This document shows, piece after piece, positions 9,690 to 19,353 of a stretch of DNA of 64,000 nt; the first letter of the stretch is position 1; each line of letters begins with the position of its first letter. Under the pieces are notes generated by a model. The model did not search any database. It saw only the letters and a list, made by a program, of their open reading frames with translations, and had not been told where the DNA came from. Origin of the DNA: Terriglobia bacterium (GTDB taxonomy: Bacteria > Acidobacteriota > Terriglobia > UBA7540); the NCBI GenBank assembly GCA_020073545.1, contig JAIQEZ010000009.1, forward strand, positions 528 through 64,527. The letters are read 5' to 3'. The position numbers and the translations under genes were made by a program.

Positions 9690-10352
9690 TCAGCTTGCCT
9701 GTTCAATTGCCTTGAGGATGTCGAGCACCCTGTCCAGCCCGAAGCTATATTCGTGCCCGATGAAGGCTGACTCGGTCCGAACGGTCGTGCGGATAATCGC
9801 TTCGGCGCCTGCAGGGTCGGGCCGCACCGTCACAGATGCCTCCGGCAATTCTAGGAACTTCTTTGAGGCCACGAAACCAAAGAGCGGGGGCTCATAGCGG
9901 CGGCTGAGGCCGTCTTTGATTTTCTTCAGCAGCGGCTTCTGCGTTCCGAATCGCTCCGCGCCTGGACCTTCAACTTCGAGCTTCTCACTCAACAAGCCCA
10001 AGGATTTCTTGAAGGAAACCTCCGCCGTGATGGGAACTTTCAAGACCGCCCGGTAGAGGACGTCCGTGACGATACCTGAATCGGTAGTCATCACGACTAC
10101 CTGCAACGGCCATGGCGCGCCGGGAATCGTGGCGGCATAAAGGTGCGCATTCACCGTCGCCGCGCGCTGCATCACTAACGACTCGAACAGTTGCTTGCCA
10201 GTGCTCCATGCAGGGAGCTGGCCGCCGACTGGCGCATGCTCGATGGCAACCGTGCCACCCAGGCCGCACTTCCGCATTTCCTCTTCCCACCACACGCGCA
10301 ACTTCTCGGAGTCTTCCGGCGGGTTTCCACGCGGATAGCCTTGTTTTTTCAT
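9690..10352 (-). CDS. Hypothetical protein
   Basis: The long ORF was shortened to ATG 10352, which is preceded by gaaaggg. No motif was recognised. Confidence 0.5.
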   Translation of the reverse strand: MKKQGYPRGNPPEDSEKLRVWWEEEMRKCGLGGTVAIEHAPVGGQLPAWSTGKQLFESLVMQRAATVNAHLYAATIPGAPWPLQVVVMTTDSGIVTDVLYRAVLKVPITAEVSFKKSLGLLSEKLEVEGPGAERFGTQKPLLKKIKDGLSRRYEPPLFGFVASKKFLELPEASVTVRPDPAGAEAIIRTTVRTESAFIGHEYSFGLDRVLDILKAIEQAS

Positions 10353-10702
10353 CGATGAACCCTTTCCATGACGCCAACCCAGCTCCCCGGCTGGACATCG
10401 CACCGGCTGGCGCAGAGCGTAGCCCAGCAACATGGAGATGTGTGCGTAAGCCGAGCAATCATACTGCCTTTCATGCCCAATTACAGGCTGCAATTCCCCT
10501 TCGGTTAACCGCAATTCCTTACCACCAGCGCCGCTGTACCCCCGGCCTGCGCCCCGGCATGGCCAAATCTATGGTTGGCCCGGCGGACGGTGACCTGCGA
10601 CTCCGCCGCAGGGAAAGCGTTGGGGAGGGGAGCGTTGGTCGTCACATCAGTGGTGGAGAGCCCGTCCACGGAAAACTGGGGCGGCAGGCGCAGAGGGGGG
10701 CA

Positions 10703-11935
10703 TCATCCGGCAGCTCGCCCTTGCGCTTGCTTCATCAGTTCCAGCAGGCAACTGGCGGCGCCTCGGGCGAAGCCCTCGTCGTTGATGTGGGCGTCGACCT
10801 CGACAAGCCGGATTCGCACATCGAGGTTCGCCTTGAGGGCGTCGAGATAGCTTCTATCGGCTTCCGGCCAAGAGAAGGGCTGACCCGTGGAGTCGATAGC
10901 AGAAACGCCGCGTAAGGGCATGAAAAACACCACAGGGCCTTGCGCCCGGTTGAGCTTCTCGGCTGTGATACGGCCCAATTCAGCGCACTCCGCAGGGGTC
11001 GTACGCATCAAGGTCACGTTCGCGTTATGAACGTAGAGCCGACGCTGCCGGTATTTTTCGGGGACCGAATCGAGGGGACCAAAGTTGACCATGTCGACCG
11101 CACCAGGACATATAACCTGGGGAATACCCTTCAGTGCGGCTGCCTCGAGCCGATGCGGTCCCGCACTCATCACGCCGCCGGCCAGCTCATCCGCGAGCTC
11201 GGTCGTGGTGATGTCCAGAACCCCCGCAACGTAGCCGTCGGCGATCAGGCCCTCCATGGCCTGACCGCCCGCACCGGTGGCATGAAAGACCAGGACTTCG
11301 AAACCGTTTTGTTCCAAAATGTGCCGCGCCAGGGTTACACACGGAGTGGTCACTCCGAACATGGTGGCCGCAATCAGTGGCTTGGCCTCCCGATCTTCGA
11401 CCTCCTCCTGGTTCACCATGCCTGCGATGGCGGCGGCCGCATTCCCCAGAATCCGCCTCGACAGCCGATTAAGCCCGGCGATGTCGACAATCGGGTACAG
11501 CATGGCAATGTCCTTTGTCCCGACGAACGGGCGAGTGTCACCCGACGCCAGCGTGGAAACCATCACCTTCGGGAAACCTGCCGGTAGCGACCGCATCGCC
11601 GCGGTTCCGAGGGTAGTACCGGCCGAACCTCCCAGGGAGATCAACCCTTGGATCCTTCCCTCCTCGAACAGCCGCCGGACCACCACCGCAGCGCCTGCCC
11701 CCATGGCCGCGATACTGCTGCCGCGGTCATGCGTGGCAACGAGGTCTTCGAGGTTTTGTCCAGCGGCGCTGGCTACCTCCCGGCTGGAGACGTCCGGTGC
11801 AAACGCCGGTGCTTCCAGAACGCCACAATCGATGACGAGCGTGGCCAGTCCTGCCGACTCGATGCGGCTGCGAAGATAGGCAAACTCCTCTCCCTTCGTA
11901 TCGAGCGTCCCGACAATGGCCACCGTCTTTGGCAT
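10703..11935 (-). CDS. Tm-1-like ATP-binding domain protein (UPF0261 family)
   Basis: MPKTVAIVGTLDTKGEEFAYLR... and the overall 410-aa layout are typical of UPF0261. It is co-operonic with the TIM-barrel partner at 12440..13273. Confidence 0.75.
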   Translation of the reverse strand: MPKTVAIVGTLDTKGEEFAYLRSRIESAGLATLVIDCGVLEAPAFAPDVSSREVASAAGQNLEDLVATHDRGSSIAAMGAGAAVVVRRLFEEGRIQGLISLGGSAGTTLGTAAMRSLPAGFPKVMVSTLASGDTRPFVGTKDIAMLYPIVDIAGLNRLSRRILGNAAAAIAGMVNQEEVEDREAKPLIAATMFGVTTPCVTLARHILEQNGFEVLVFHATGAGGQAMEGLIADGYVAGVLDITTTELADELAGGVMSAGPHRLEAAALKGIPQVICPGAVDMVNFGPLDSVPEKYRQRRLYVHNANVTLMRTTPAECAELGRITAEKLNRAQGPVVFFMPLRGVSAIDSTGQPFSWPEADRSYLDALKANLDVRIRLVEVDAHINDEGFARGAASCLLELMKQAQGRAAG

Positions 11936-11980
11936 TATGTTCCAATTTCCTGTACGCCGCGGCGCCTGGCGATGCGGCGA

Positions 11981-12409
11981 CTACGATCTTCGGGGCGGCT
12001 CGCCCGGGGGAACTAACCGGCAGCCCGGCAACGTGCGGAGGATCGCTTCGGGACCGGGGGGAGAATAGACGGCAATCATTTTCAGGGGCTCCCAACCGGT
12101 ATTGATCGTGGCATGGAAAATGTCTGCGGGGATGTGAACCATGTCACCCGCCGCGATGGGTTGCCACCGCTCACCCTCGACGTCGATCATCTGGTTGCCC
12201 TGGCCGGACACGACGTAGAGGATCTCTTCACAACCCGGGTGATTGTGACGCTCGTGTCCTTTGCCGGGTTCGAGAAGTACAACTCCCATGGTAAAGCGTT
12301 GGGCGGCGGTCACCCGAGGCTCACTCATCCACTTGATGGTGCCCCAGTCGAACACCATCGTCTCAACGTCGGACGGTCGTACAAAGCGAAGTCCGGGAAG
12401 GTCCGCCAT
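11981..12409 (-). CDS. Cupin domain protein
   Basis: 142 aa with G.HERHNHPGCEEILYVVSG...GDMVHIP, which match cupin motifs 1 and 2. Confidence 0.75.
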   Translation of the reverse strand: MADLPGLRFVRPSDVETMVFDWGTIKWMSEPRVTAAQRFTMGVVLLEPGKGHERHNHPGCEEILYVVSGQGNQMIDVEGERWQPIAAGDMVHIPADIFHATINTGWEPLKMIAVYSPPGPEAILRTLPGCRLVPPGEPPRRS

Positions 12410-12439
12410 AAGTCCTCCTTATCGTGAACGCCTGATGGC

Positions 12440-13273
12440 TCATCGCTTCAGCGTAAGCGATTTGAATCTCTGTACCTGTTCAGTGATGGCCCGCTCCGCG
12501 GGGAGTCGCTCCACACTCGAAGCTCCAAAAAAGCCGGCGAGGCCGTGAGTCTTGCTCAGCATGTAGGCGACGTCGTCCGGCTCGGCCAGCGGCCCGCCGT
12601 GACAGATTACCAGGACCTCGGGGTTGACGGACACCGCGGCATCTCGAATGGATTGGACGAGTGTCGCAGCCTGATCGAGGGTCAGGGCCGTCCTGGCGCC
12701 GACGGTTCCCTTGGTGGTCAACCCCGCGTGGGCCACAATGATGTCCGCTCCGGCTCGGGCCATTTCCCGCGCCTGCTCCTCGTCGAATACATAGGGGCAC
12801 GTGAGCAAGCCCATCTCACTCGCCTGGTGAATCATCCGCACCTCAAGCTCGAAGCCCATCCCGGTCTCTTCCAGGTTGGCGCGGAAAACTCCGTCGATCA
12901 GGCCCACGGTGGGGAAGTTCTGCACCCCGGCAAAGCCCAGGTTGCGGAGTTCCGGGAGGAAGCGGCTCATCAGGCGAAATGGGTCGGTGCCGTTGACCCC
13001 AGCCAGCACGGGCGTCTGCTTAACCACCGGAAGGACTTCGCGAGCCATTTCTACCACAATGGCGTTGGCGTCGCCGTAAGCCAACAGGCCGGCCAGCGAA
13101 CCTCGTCCTGCCATGCGGTAGCGGCCCGAATTGTAAATGATGATCAGGTCTGCGCCCCCCGCCTCCGCGCACTTTGCGGAAATCCCGGTACCCGCGCCGG
13201 CGCCGATGATAGGCCGACCCGAGGCCACGACTTGCCGAAGGCGCTGGATATGCTCCGGTTTGGTAAGAGCCAT
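12440..13273 (-). CDS. Phosphoenolpyruvate hydrolase-like TIM-barrel protein (partner of UPF0261)
   Basis: 277 aa. IIGAGAGTGISAKCAEAGGADLIIIYNSGRYRMAG... is typical of this family. Confidence 0.7.
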   Translation of the reverse strand: MALTKPEHIQRLRQVVASGRPIIGAGAGTGISAKCAEAGGADLIIIYNSGRYRMAGRGSLAGLLAYGDANAIVVEMAREVLPVVKQTPVLAGVNGTDPFRLMSRFLPELRNLGFAGVQNFPTVGLIDGVFRANLEETGMGFELEVRMIHQASEMGLLTCPYVFDEEQAREMARAGADIIVAHAGLTTKGTVGARTALTLDQAATLVQSIRDAAVSVNPEVLVICHGGPLAEPDDVAYMLSKTHGLAGFFGASSVERLPAERAITEQVQRFKSLTLKR

Positions 13274-13337
13274 GGGATTAGTCCTCCGGGAGCTTGCTGC
13301 GCTTACGCACTTTTCGTCTCACGCGGGTCTCCCGATA

Positions 13338-13430
13338 CTGCCTGGTCCAGGCCTCCGACGTTGGTCCGCCCTCCCGCGAGATGCGGCCACTTGTTCGGTT
13401 TGCGACCCTACGGCCAATCAACTGCTCGTT
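13338..13430 (+). repeat. Intergenic repeat, copy A
   Basis: 13338-13388 matches 15960-16010 at 47 of 51 positions. 13380-13426 matches 60974-61020 at 44 of 47 positions (hand count). Confidence 0.8.
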
Positions 13431-13455
13431 TAGCTCTCTGCCGTTCCCGCGGCAG

Positions 13456-15780
13456 TTACGCGCGTTCGGGAGAAACCGCCGTGAGTTCGAATTGCACCTG
13501 CTGCTTGCCCAGTTGCGGGTGCGTCGCCGTAAGCTTCACCGTTCCCGGTTGTTCTTTGGCGCGAATCCAGATGGCACCCGTGCCGCCGATCAGGGCGAAG
13601 GGATTATCTCCGATGATTTCCGCAGGGCCGTCGAGTTCCAGTTTAATCGCGTCATTCGCAAATGGCCTGATGGCACCGAATTCGTCGGTCACGCGAAGGA
13701 CGACGCGGGTTGTGTCGGCTCCGTCGGCGTTTAATTTGGTGTCGTCCGGAAGCAGTACAAATTTCTGGTCTACTCCCCTTCCCGACAACGTTTTGGAGAT
13801 CACTTGCTTGCCTTGGAGGAAGCCGTCAATGCGCAAGTCTCCCCAATGGTTCACTGCCCTCGACAAATCAGCGACAAACGGCGCATAGCGGAGATGAGCG
13901 AAAGTCTTTGTGTCCGGATCGACTTCCGCGACCAGCTTGTCGGCAATATAGAACTTGAGGTGATCGCAGTTGGAGCAGACGACGGCCTTGGAGAATCCGA
14001 TGGACTCATCGCCTCTAGCCCAGTGGAAAGCCGGCTCGAGCGCGACTTCTTCCGCGGGATCGCACTGCGACTTGTAGAACCCGGCAGCGGGTTTGGGTTC
14101 GCGGAAAATATCGGTCACGCCGTGATAGCAGATGCGCTCTCCGCTACCGAAGTCAGCGTGCGTGTTGTAATCGAACGCGCACCAGCCGATGCCGCCGGCA
14201 TATTGCGGATTAGAAGCAAGTTGGTCGTGAATACGCGCGTGGCGCAGGGTATGTTCAGTGAGGCGTTCCACCTGGTCGATGGTCTTGGTGGGGTAGGTGT
14301 GACCGACGAATTCCGTGTTGAGATAGCGCGGGTGGTTCGGCGGTTTCAAAGGGAATCCGAAATCGTTCATGGTGAAGACATCTTCGAGAAATTCGGATTC
14401 CTGGAAGTAGCGGATGCCCCCTGTCTGACGAGTGGGATCGAGGCGGTGAGCTAGGGCGTTGGTGCGCGTGTAAAAGCCGTGGTCGTCCAAGGACTCGTTG
14501 ATGCGCACACCCCACAGGATGACGCTGGGATGATTCCAGTCGCGGCGGATCATGCGGCTGACGTTATCGATGGAGATCAATTTCCAGGGTTCATCCCCGA
14601 TGTGCTGCCAGCCAGGAATTTCCTCGAGCACCAATAGACCGAATTCGTCGCAGGCGTCGAGAAAATGGCGGGATTGCGGATAGTGCGAAGTACGGACGAT
14701 GTTGCACTTGAGTTTGCGGCGCAGAATGTCCGCATCTCTGCGCTGGACGCGGCCAGGCATGGCCTGTCCGGCAAAGGGGAACGTTTGATGACGGTCAAGG
14801 CCGCGGAGCTTGATGACTTTGCCGTTCAGTTCGAAACCGTGATCAGTGAATTGCGCTTCTCGAAAGCCAACAGTGCGCGTGTCGGAATCCACCAACTGGG
14901 TTCCGCGCAAGAGACGGACATGCACGGAATAAAGATTCGGGCTGGCGAGGTCCCAGAGTTTGATTGCGCCGAGTTTGTCCAAGTGGACGCTGTGAGCCAC
15001 CGGTTCGGTTGCGGCGTCCGAGGGCGAGATGGGCAAAGAGCCATTGGCGATGACGCGATCGCCGTCACGAAGATCAACCTCCAGGGTGAGGGGTTCCTGG
15101 GACGCTTCCAAGGGCATGAGGAAACAGTCAACGTCGAGAGACGGATGAGGGGTGAGAACGTCCTTGGGCTTTGCAAAAATGTTTTCGATGAAGGTGCCGG
15201 GAACGATGCGGAGTGAAACTTCGCGATAGATGCCACCAAATGTGAGGTAGTCGATTTGAAAACCGAAGGGCGGGATATCGGGCCGCTCGCGGGAGTCCAC
15301 GTCGACCGCCAGTACGTTTTCTCCATCGAAGTCGAGGTGAGGGGTGAGGTCAAAGGAAAAAGGCGTGTAGCCGCCTTTGTACTCGCCGAGGCGCACGCCA
15401 TTGATCCACACGGTAGAAGCGGTCATCACGCCTTCGAAATCAACGAAGACGTGGTTGCCCTTCGCTTCTGTCGGCAATTTGAAGCGGCGGCGGTAGAGGG
15501 AGACGAACTCATAAGATTTGTCGTCGAAGCTGTGCCAGGGCAGACGAGCATTGGTGTGAGGAATCACGACACGCTCGAATGCCGAGTCGTCGAACTCCCG
15601 CCGGTGTCCGCCTTCGACAAACGATTTGTTGTATCTCCAATTGCGGGTGATGGGAAGAACCAACCGTCCGTCAGACTTGGAGCCGGCCGGGAGAGGGGGA
15701 TTGCCCGCCAGTATGCGGGGAGCAAGAGTGGCGCCAGCGATTGCTGTGGTTGTGGCTTTGAGAAAGTCGCGTCGTTGCAT
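13456..15780 (-). CDS. Glycoside hydrolase family 2 enzyme (beta-galactosidase/beta-mannosidase type) with Tat signal
   Basis: 774 aa. The N-terminus MQRRDFLKATTTAIAGATLAP is a twin-arginine signal. The NHPSVILWGVRINES acid/base region and the multi-domain GH2 layout are present. Confidence 0.85.
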   Translation of the reverse strand: MQRRDFLKATTTAIAGATLAPRILAGNPPLPAGSKSDGRLVLPITRNWRYNKSFVEGGHRREFDDSAFERVVIPHTNARLPWHSFDDKSYEFVSLYRRRFKLPTEAKGNHVFVDFEGVMTASTVWINGVRLGEYKGGYTPFSFDLTPHLDFDGENVLAVDVDSRERPDIPPFGFQIDYLTFGGIYREVSLRIVPGTFIENIFAKPKDVLTPHPSLDVDCFLMPLEASQEPLTLEVDLRDGDRVIANGSLPISPSDAATEPVAHSVHLDKLGAIKLWDLASPNLYSVHVRLLRGTQLVDSDTRTVGFREAQFTDHGFELNGKVIKLRGLDRHQTFPFAGQAMPGRVQRRDADILRRKLKCNIVRTSHYPQSRHFLDACDEFGLLVLEEIPGWQHIGDEPWKLISIDNVSRMIRRDWNHPSVILWGVRINESLDDHGFYTRTNALAHRLDPTRQTGGIRYFQESEFLEDVFTMNDFGFPLKPPNHPRYLNTEFVGHTYPTKTIDQVERLTEHTLRHARIHDQLASNPQYAGGIGWCAFDYNTHADFGSGERICYHGVTDIFREPKPAAGFYKSQCDPAEEVALEPAFHWARGDESIGFSKAVVCSNCDHLKFYIADKLVAEVDPDTKTFAHLRYAPFVADLSRAVNHWGDLRIDGFLQGKQVISKTLSGRGVDQKFVLLPDDTKLNADGADTTRVVLRVTDEFGAIRPFANDAIKLELDGPAEIIGDNPFALIGGTGAIWIRAKEQPGTVKLTATHPQLGKQQVQFELTAVSPERA

Positions 15781-15959
15781 GTTTTTTCCTTTCGCGTATT
15801 GAAAAATAGCCGGGTGAATTGATTCCGGACGAACTCATCCACTTTTCGGCTTGCGCCGGTACTGCTAAGGAGCGGCAGAGTTTGGCGTCTCAGAAACTCT
15901 GTGGCTTTCCTGATCGAACGAACCGCAGGATTCGAAAAAGCCGAACTCTGCGCTACCGG

Positions 15960-16050
15960 CTGCCTGATCGAGGCCTCCGACGTTGGTACGCCCTCCCGCG
16001 GGATGCGGCCCGTTCGGCGCCAAGCCCGCCGGTAATAATAACCTGTTGTT
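15960..16050 (+). repeat. Intergenic repeat, copy B
   Basis: Same orientation as copy A. The 51-nt core differs from A at 4 positions, and the distal part is more diverged. Confidence 0.75.
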
Positions 16051-16413
16051 CGCCAAAACCGAAACGGTCCTGGGTTTGTGTACGACGGGTGTGGCAACTG
16101 GTGGGGGTTCATCACGAGCACCTTACCACTGCCGATCGGTACTTCGCGTCAGACATGCAGGGATTTGTGAACCTGGCGGGAGTCAAAGTGGCGGGCTGCG
16201 ACCGGCTGGTTCGCCCGGTTTGAACAGCGTACGGTTCCGCAGGCAAATCCCGTCGGCTACGTCGTCCGTACCGAGGATGCAGCGCTCCGGCTTGAGGAAG
16301 TACCAGTTATCAGAGGAAAGAACGTGCTTGCCGGTTCCCATGTGATAGAGTAATTATAATAGATCAACGATTGATGGGCGTGGAAGGACCCGCCCACATG
16401 GAGGTCCTCAACC

Positions 16414-17136
16414 TTGGAATCGCATGGAGAGATCGCGTTTGGAGAGCTACAACAAGTAAGTGTCCGGTCAACTTCGGAGACTGCCGCTGACATGTTGCGA
16501 AAGGCCATAATCAGCGGAGCTCTCAAGCCTGGGGAACGCCTGATCGAGCAGAAACTCGCCGCGAAGATGGGCATTGGCCAACCGACCTTGCGAGAGGCGT
16601 TGAAGGATCTCGAATACCAAGGATTCGTGAAGAAAATCCCCCAAAGAGGAACCTATGTAACCAAACTCGGCAAGGAGGACTGCCGTAAGATCCTCGAGGT
16701 CCGTATTATTCTGGAGGCTCTGGCAATCAGCTCGGCAGCTCGCAACATGAACCCCAGGATCGAGACCGAGCTGGAACACTTGGTGAGCGAAATGCGCAGC
16801 GTTACAGCATCTGGCGATTTGGCCAAGTTTCACGATTTGGATGTGAAGTTCCATCGACAGATCTGGGACGTGGCTGGCAATGAATACTTGACGAAGGCCC
16901 TGGAAGCTACGAGTTTCCAACTGTTTGCTTTTGCCCTGTTAGACCTCGGACCGGACCTCATAAAACAACGGCGCCTGGCCGTGGAGCAGCACAAAGGAAT
17001 CCTCGAAGGCCTCCGGACCCACGACTCCGTGAAGGCTCGGCTCGCTTTTGTTGGTCACACCGTGAAGTATTGGAATGAACTCTACCCTGTGGACCTAAGC
17101 CAGGAGCAACTTGTCGCGAGTTCCTCAACCCGCTAG
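16414..17136 (+). CDS. GntR-family transcriptional regulator (FadR/FCD subfamily)
   Basis: LRKAIISGALKPGERLIEQKLAAKMGIGQPTLREALKDLEYQGFV is the winged-HTH, followed by an all-helical FCD-like C-terminal domain. The TTG start is uncertain. Confidence 0.85.
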   Translation: MESHGEIAFGELQQVSVRSTSETAADMLRKAIISGALKPGERLIEQKLAAKMGIGQPTLREALKDLEYQGFVKKIPQRGTYVTKLGKEDCRKILEVRIILEALAISSAARNMNPRIETELEHLVSEMRSVTASGDLAKFHDLDVKFHRQIWDVAGNEYLTKALEATSFQLFAFALLDLGPDLIKQRRLAVEQHKGILEGLRTHDSVKARLAFVGHTVKYWNELYPVDLSQEQLVASSSTR

Positions 17137-17374
17137 GCTCTCGCTCGCCCTGGCGGCGATCGAGTCTGAGGATGCATTCTCATGGGGCCCGCACGATCGT
17201 GCATAGCGCGAAGTCGCTGGATCACGCGCACTTGCGTGAGGACGCAAGCCGTGACGGAACTTGTCGATCACACTGGGCTACGCTCCGTTCGGCCGGTGGC
17301 CTCTTGACGAACCTTGGTGAGCCTCTGCGAGACTCTTAAGCCGAGGCACTCCATCGACGGAAGGTTGATTCACA

Positions 17375-18574
17375 ATGGACCGAGCTGTTGAACTGAAGAA
17401 GGCCTTTGCAGGAATCTATCCGGGTGAACCCCGCGTCTTTCGTGCGCCGGGGCGGGTTAATCTGATCGGTGAGCACACCGACTACAATGACGGTTTTGTG
17501 ATGCCTTGTGCGATCGCTGCCTCCACGTGGGTGGCTATTGCGCCGCGGCCGGATCGGAGACTGGTGGCGTATTCGCAAGATTTCTCTGCGCACGCGGAGA
17601 TTGACCTGGACGATCCGCCTCCCGGTGCGGAGCATCACTGGAGCCGGTATGTCTTCGGAGTTGCTTGGGTGCTCGAATCGGCGGGCCACCGTCTGCGTGG
17701 TGCGAACCTGCTCATCAAAGGAGACGTGCCGATCGGCGCGGGTCTCAGCTCGTCCGCGGCTCTCGAAGTTGCCACGGGTTGCGCGCTGCTAGCCGCTTCC
17801 GAGATCCGCATGGGGCGTGTGGAGCTGGCAAAGTTCTGCCAGCGGGCTGAGAACCAGTTTGTGGGTACGCGGTGCGGAATTATGGACCAGTTCGTGTCAT
17901 GCTTCGGGGCAGTCGATAGTGCCTTGATGCTGGATTGCCGTACGCTCGAGCACCAGCTCGTGCGGATTCCTCCCAACGTTACGCTGGCCATGTGCAACAC
18001 GATGGTCAAGCATGAGCTGGCAAGTGGAGAGTACAACAAGCGACGTGAAGAGTGTGAACGGGGCACTCGCACCCTGGCCAAGAAAAAGGACGGCGTCCGC
18101 GCCTTGCGAGACGTAACGCTGGAGGACTTGACCCGCCCAGAGGCGGATCTCCCCGAAGTCGTGTACAGACGTTGCCGCCACGTGGTCAGCGAAAACGCTC
18201 GAGTCGCCCAGGCTGTAGAGGCTCTGCACAAGGGAGACCTTGCGAGGTTTGGCGCACTCATGGGTGAATCGCACGCAAGTCTGCGGGACGACTATGAGGT
18301 AAGCTGCTCTGAGCTGGATCTGATGGTGGATCTTGCCCGACAACTCCCAGGAGTATACGGCGCGCGTATGACGGGCGGAGGATTTGGAGGGTGTACGATT
18401 AATCTTGTGCGTAACGACTGTGTGGAAAAATTCAAGGAAGCAGTTAGTCGGGGATACGCAGCGGCAACGGGTAAAGTGCCGGAAATCTACACCTCGACCG
18501 CCGGTGAAGGAGCAGGAGAGGTGAGCATCGTCGATCGTGCTGAACCGGCACCGGCCACCTCTGAGGCTGCTTGA
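17375..18574 (+). CDS. galK: Galactokinase
   Basis: Carries the galactokinase signature GRVNLIGEHTDYNDGFVMPCAI and the GHMP kinase motif PIGAGLSSSAALEVA. Confidence 0.92.
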   Translation: MDRAVELKKAFAGIYPGEPRVFRAPGRVNLIGEHTDYNDGFVMPCAIAASTWVAIAPRPDRRLVAYSQDFSAHAEIDLDDPPPGAEHHWSRYVFGVAWVLESAGHRLRGANLLIKGDVPIGAGLSSSAALEVATGCALLAASEIRMGRVELAKFCQRAENQFVGTRCGIMDQFVSCFGAVDSALMLDCRTLEHQLVRIPPNVTLAMCNTMVKHELASGEYNKRREECERGTRTLAKKKDGVRALRDVTLEDLTRPEADLPEVVYRRCRHVVSENARVAQAVEALHKGDLARFGALMGESHASLRDDYEVSCSELDLMVDLARQLPGVYGARMTGGGFGGCTINLVRNDCVEKFKEAVSRGYAAATGKVPEIYTSTAGEGAGEVSIVDRAEPAPATSEAA

Positions 18575-18916
18575 CCCGGCGCTCTCCACCGTAACCTCAA
18601 AAGCCCAGCGTTTTGACTGACTCGGGCGCGTGGGTTCTGTCTGGCCTCGGGAGTGACTCTTGCGGGGGTCCAAGACGGAGTTCTTGCGGCGTTCTTGTAC
18701 CCGCCAATCTGCGTAGCGTCGCTATGGCGGTTCCCCCGACTCCGGGACCAGGTTTGGTTTTGTTGCCGCGCGAAACCTCGAAAGTTAAGTGCTCTCTCGA
18801 CCTTCACAAGGGAATCGCATAACAACAGGAAATCCAGAGCCAGCGCTGCAATTTCCACCGACGTGCCATGTTCTGTGGCAACGCGATACTAAAATGCAGC
18901 CTTGTGATGGCAGTGA

Positions 18917-19111
18917 TCATTGAATCCCATCGCTGGCGCGTCGTGGCCTGACCTCACGCTCCAGGTAAAGAGCCAGTTTGCTACGCAAGAAGAGGTTCTC
19001 AGCCATCAGCGCGGGTTTGGAGAGTAGCACCAGCCCGAGGAATCGGAGGGTGTCCCGCAACAGAGCGGCAAGGTTCAGTAGCAGGGGTGAGAGGCAATCG
19101 CGTTTTCGCAT
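18917..19111 (-). pseudogene. Possible N-terminal remnant of an IS transposase/integrase
   Basis: A 64-aa ORF with ...SKPALMAENLFLRSKLALYLEREVRPRR..., which resembles the leader helix of IS481/IS3-type integrases. No catalytic domain follows it. Confidence 0.3.
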
Positions 19112-19353
19112 CCGGTAGAGGATGGCATAAGTTGGAGATTCGTCAGACGTCTAGAAATGTCGGTCCTGTGAACGCTCAACTAGCAGAGCTGACGCCACGG
19201 TTCAGATGTTTTGCGGACGGCAAGTTTTGAGGCGAGAACCAGATCAGGCCAGTCAGTGGAATGGCCAGACGTGCCGCCTTTGCCACCCAACTGGGGCCAT
19301 GGCGATCATAAGTTGACACGAGAAAGCCAGCTGACCTATGGTCGTGTGTAGAG

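Noticed and set aside
16355-16375. A perfect TATAAT (16355-16360) followed by ATCAA-N3-TTGAT (16363-16375) upstream of the GntR gene, as promoter plus operator
   Set aside because: No acceptable -35 element lies at 16-18 nt spacing, and the half-sites are only 5 bp and unlike the usual GntR/FadR T.GT...AC.A operator. Support is too weak to annotate.
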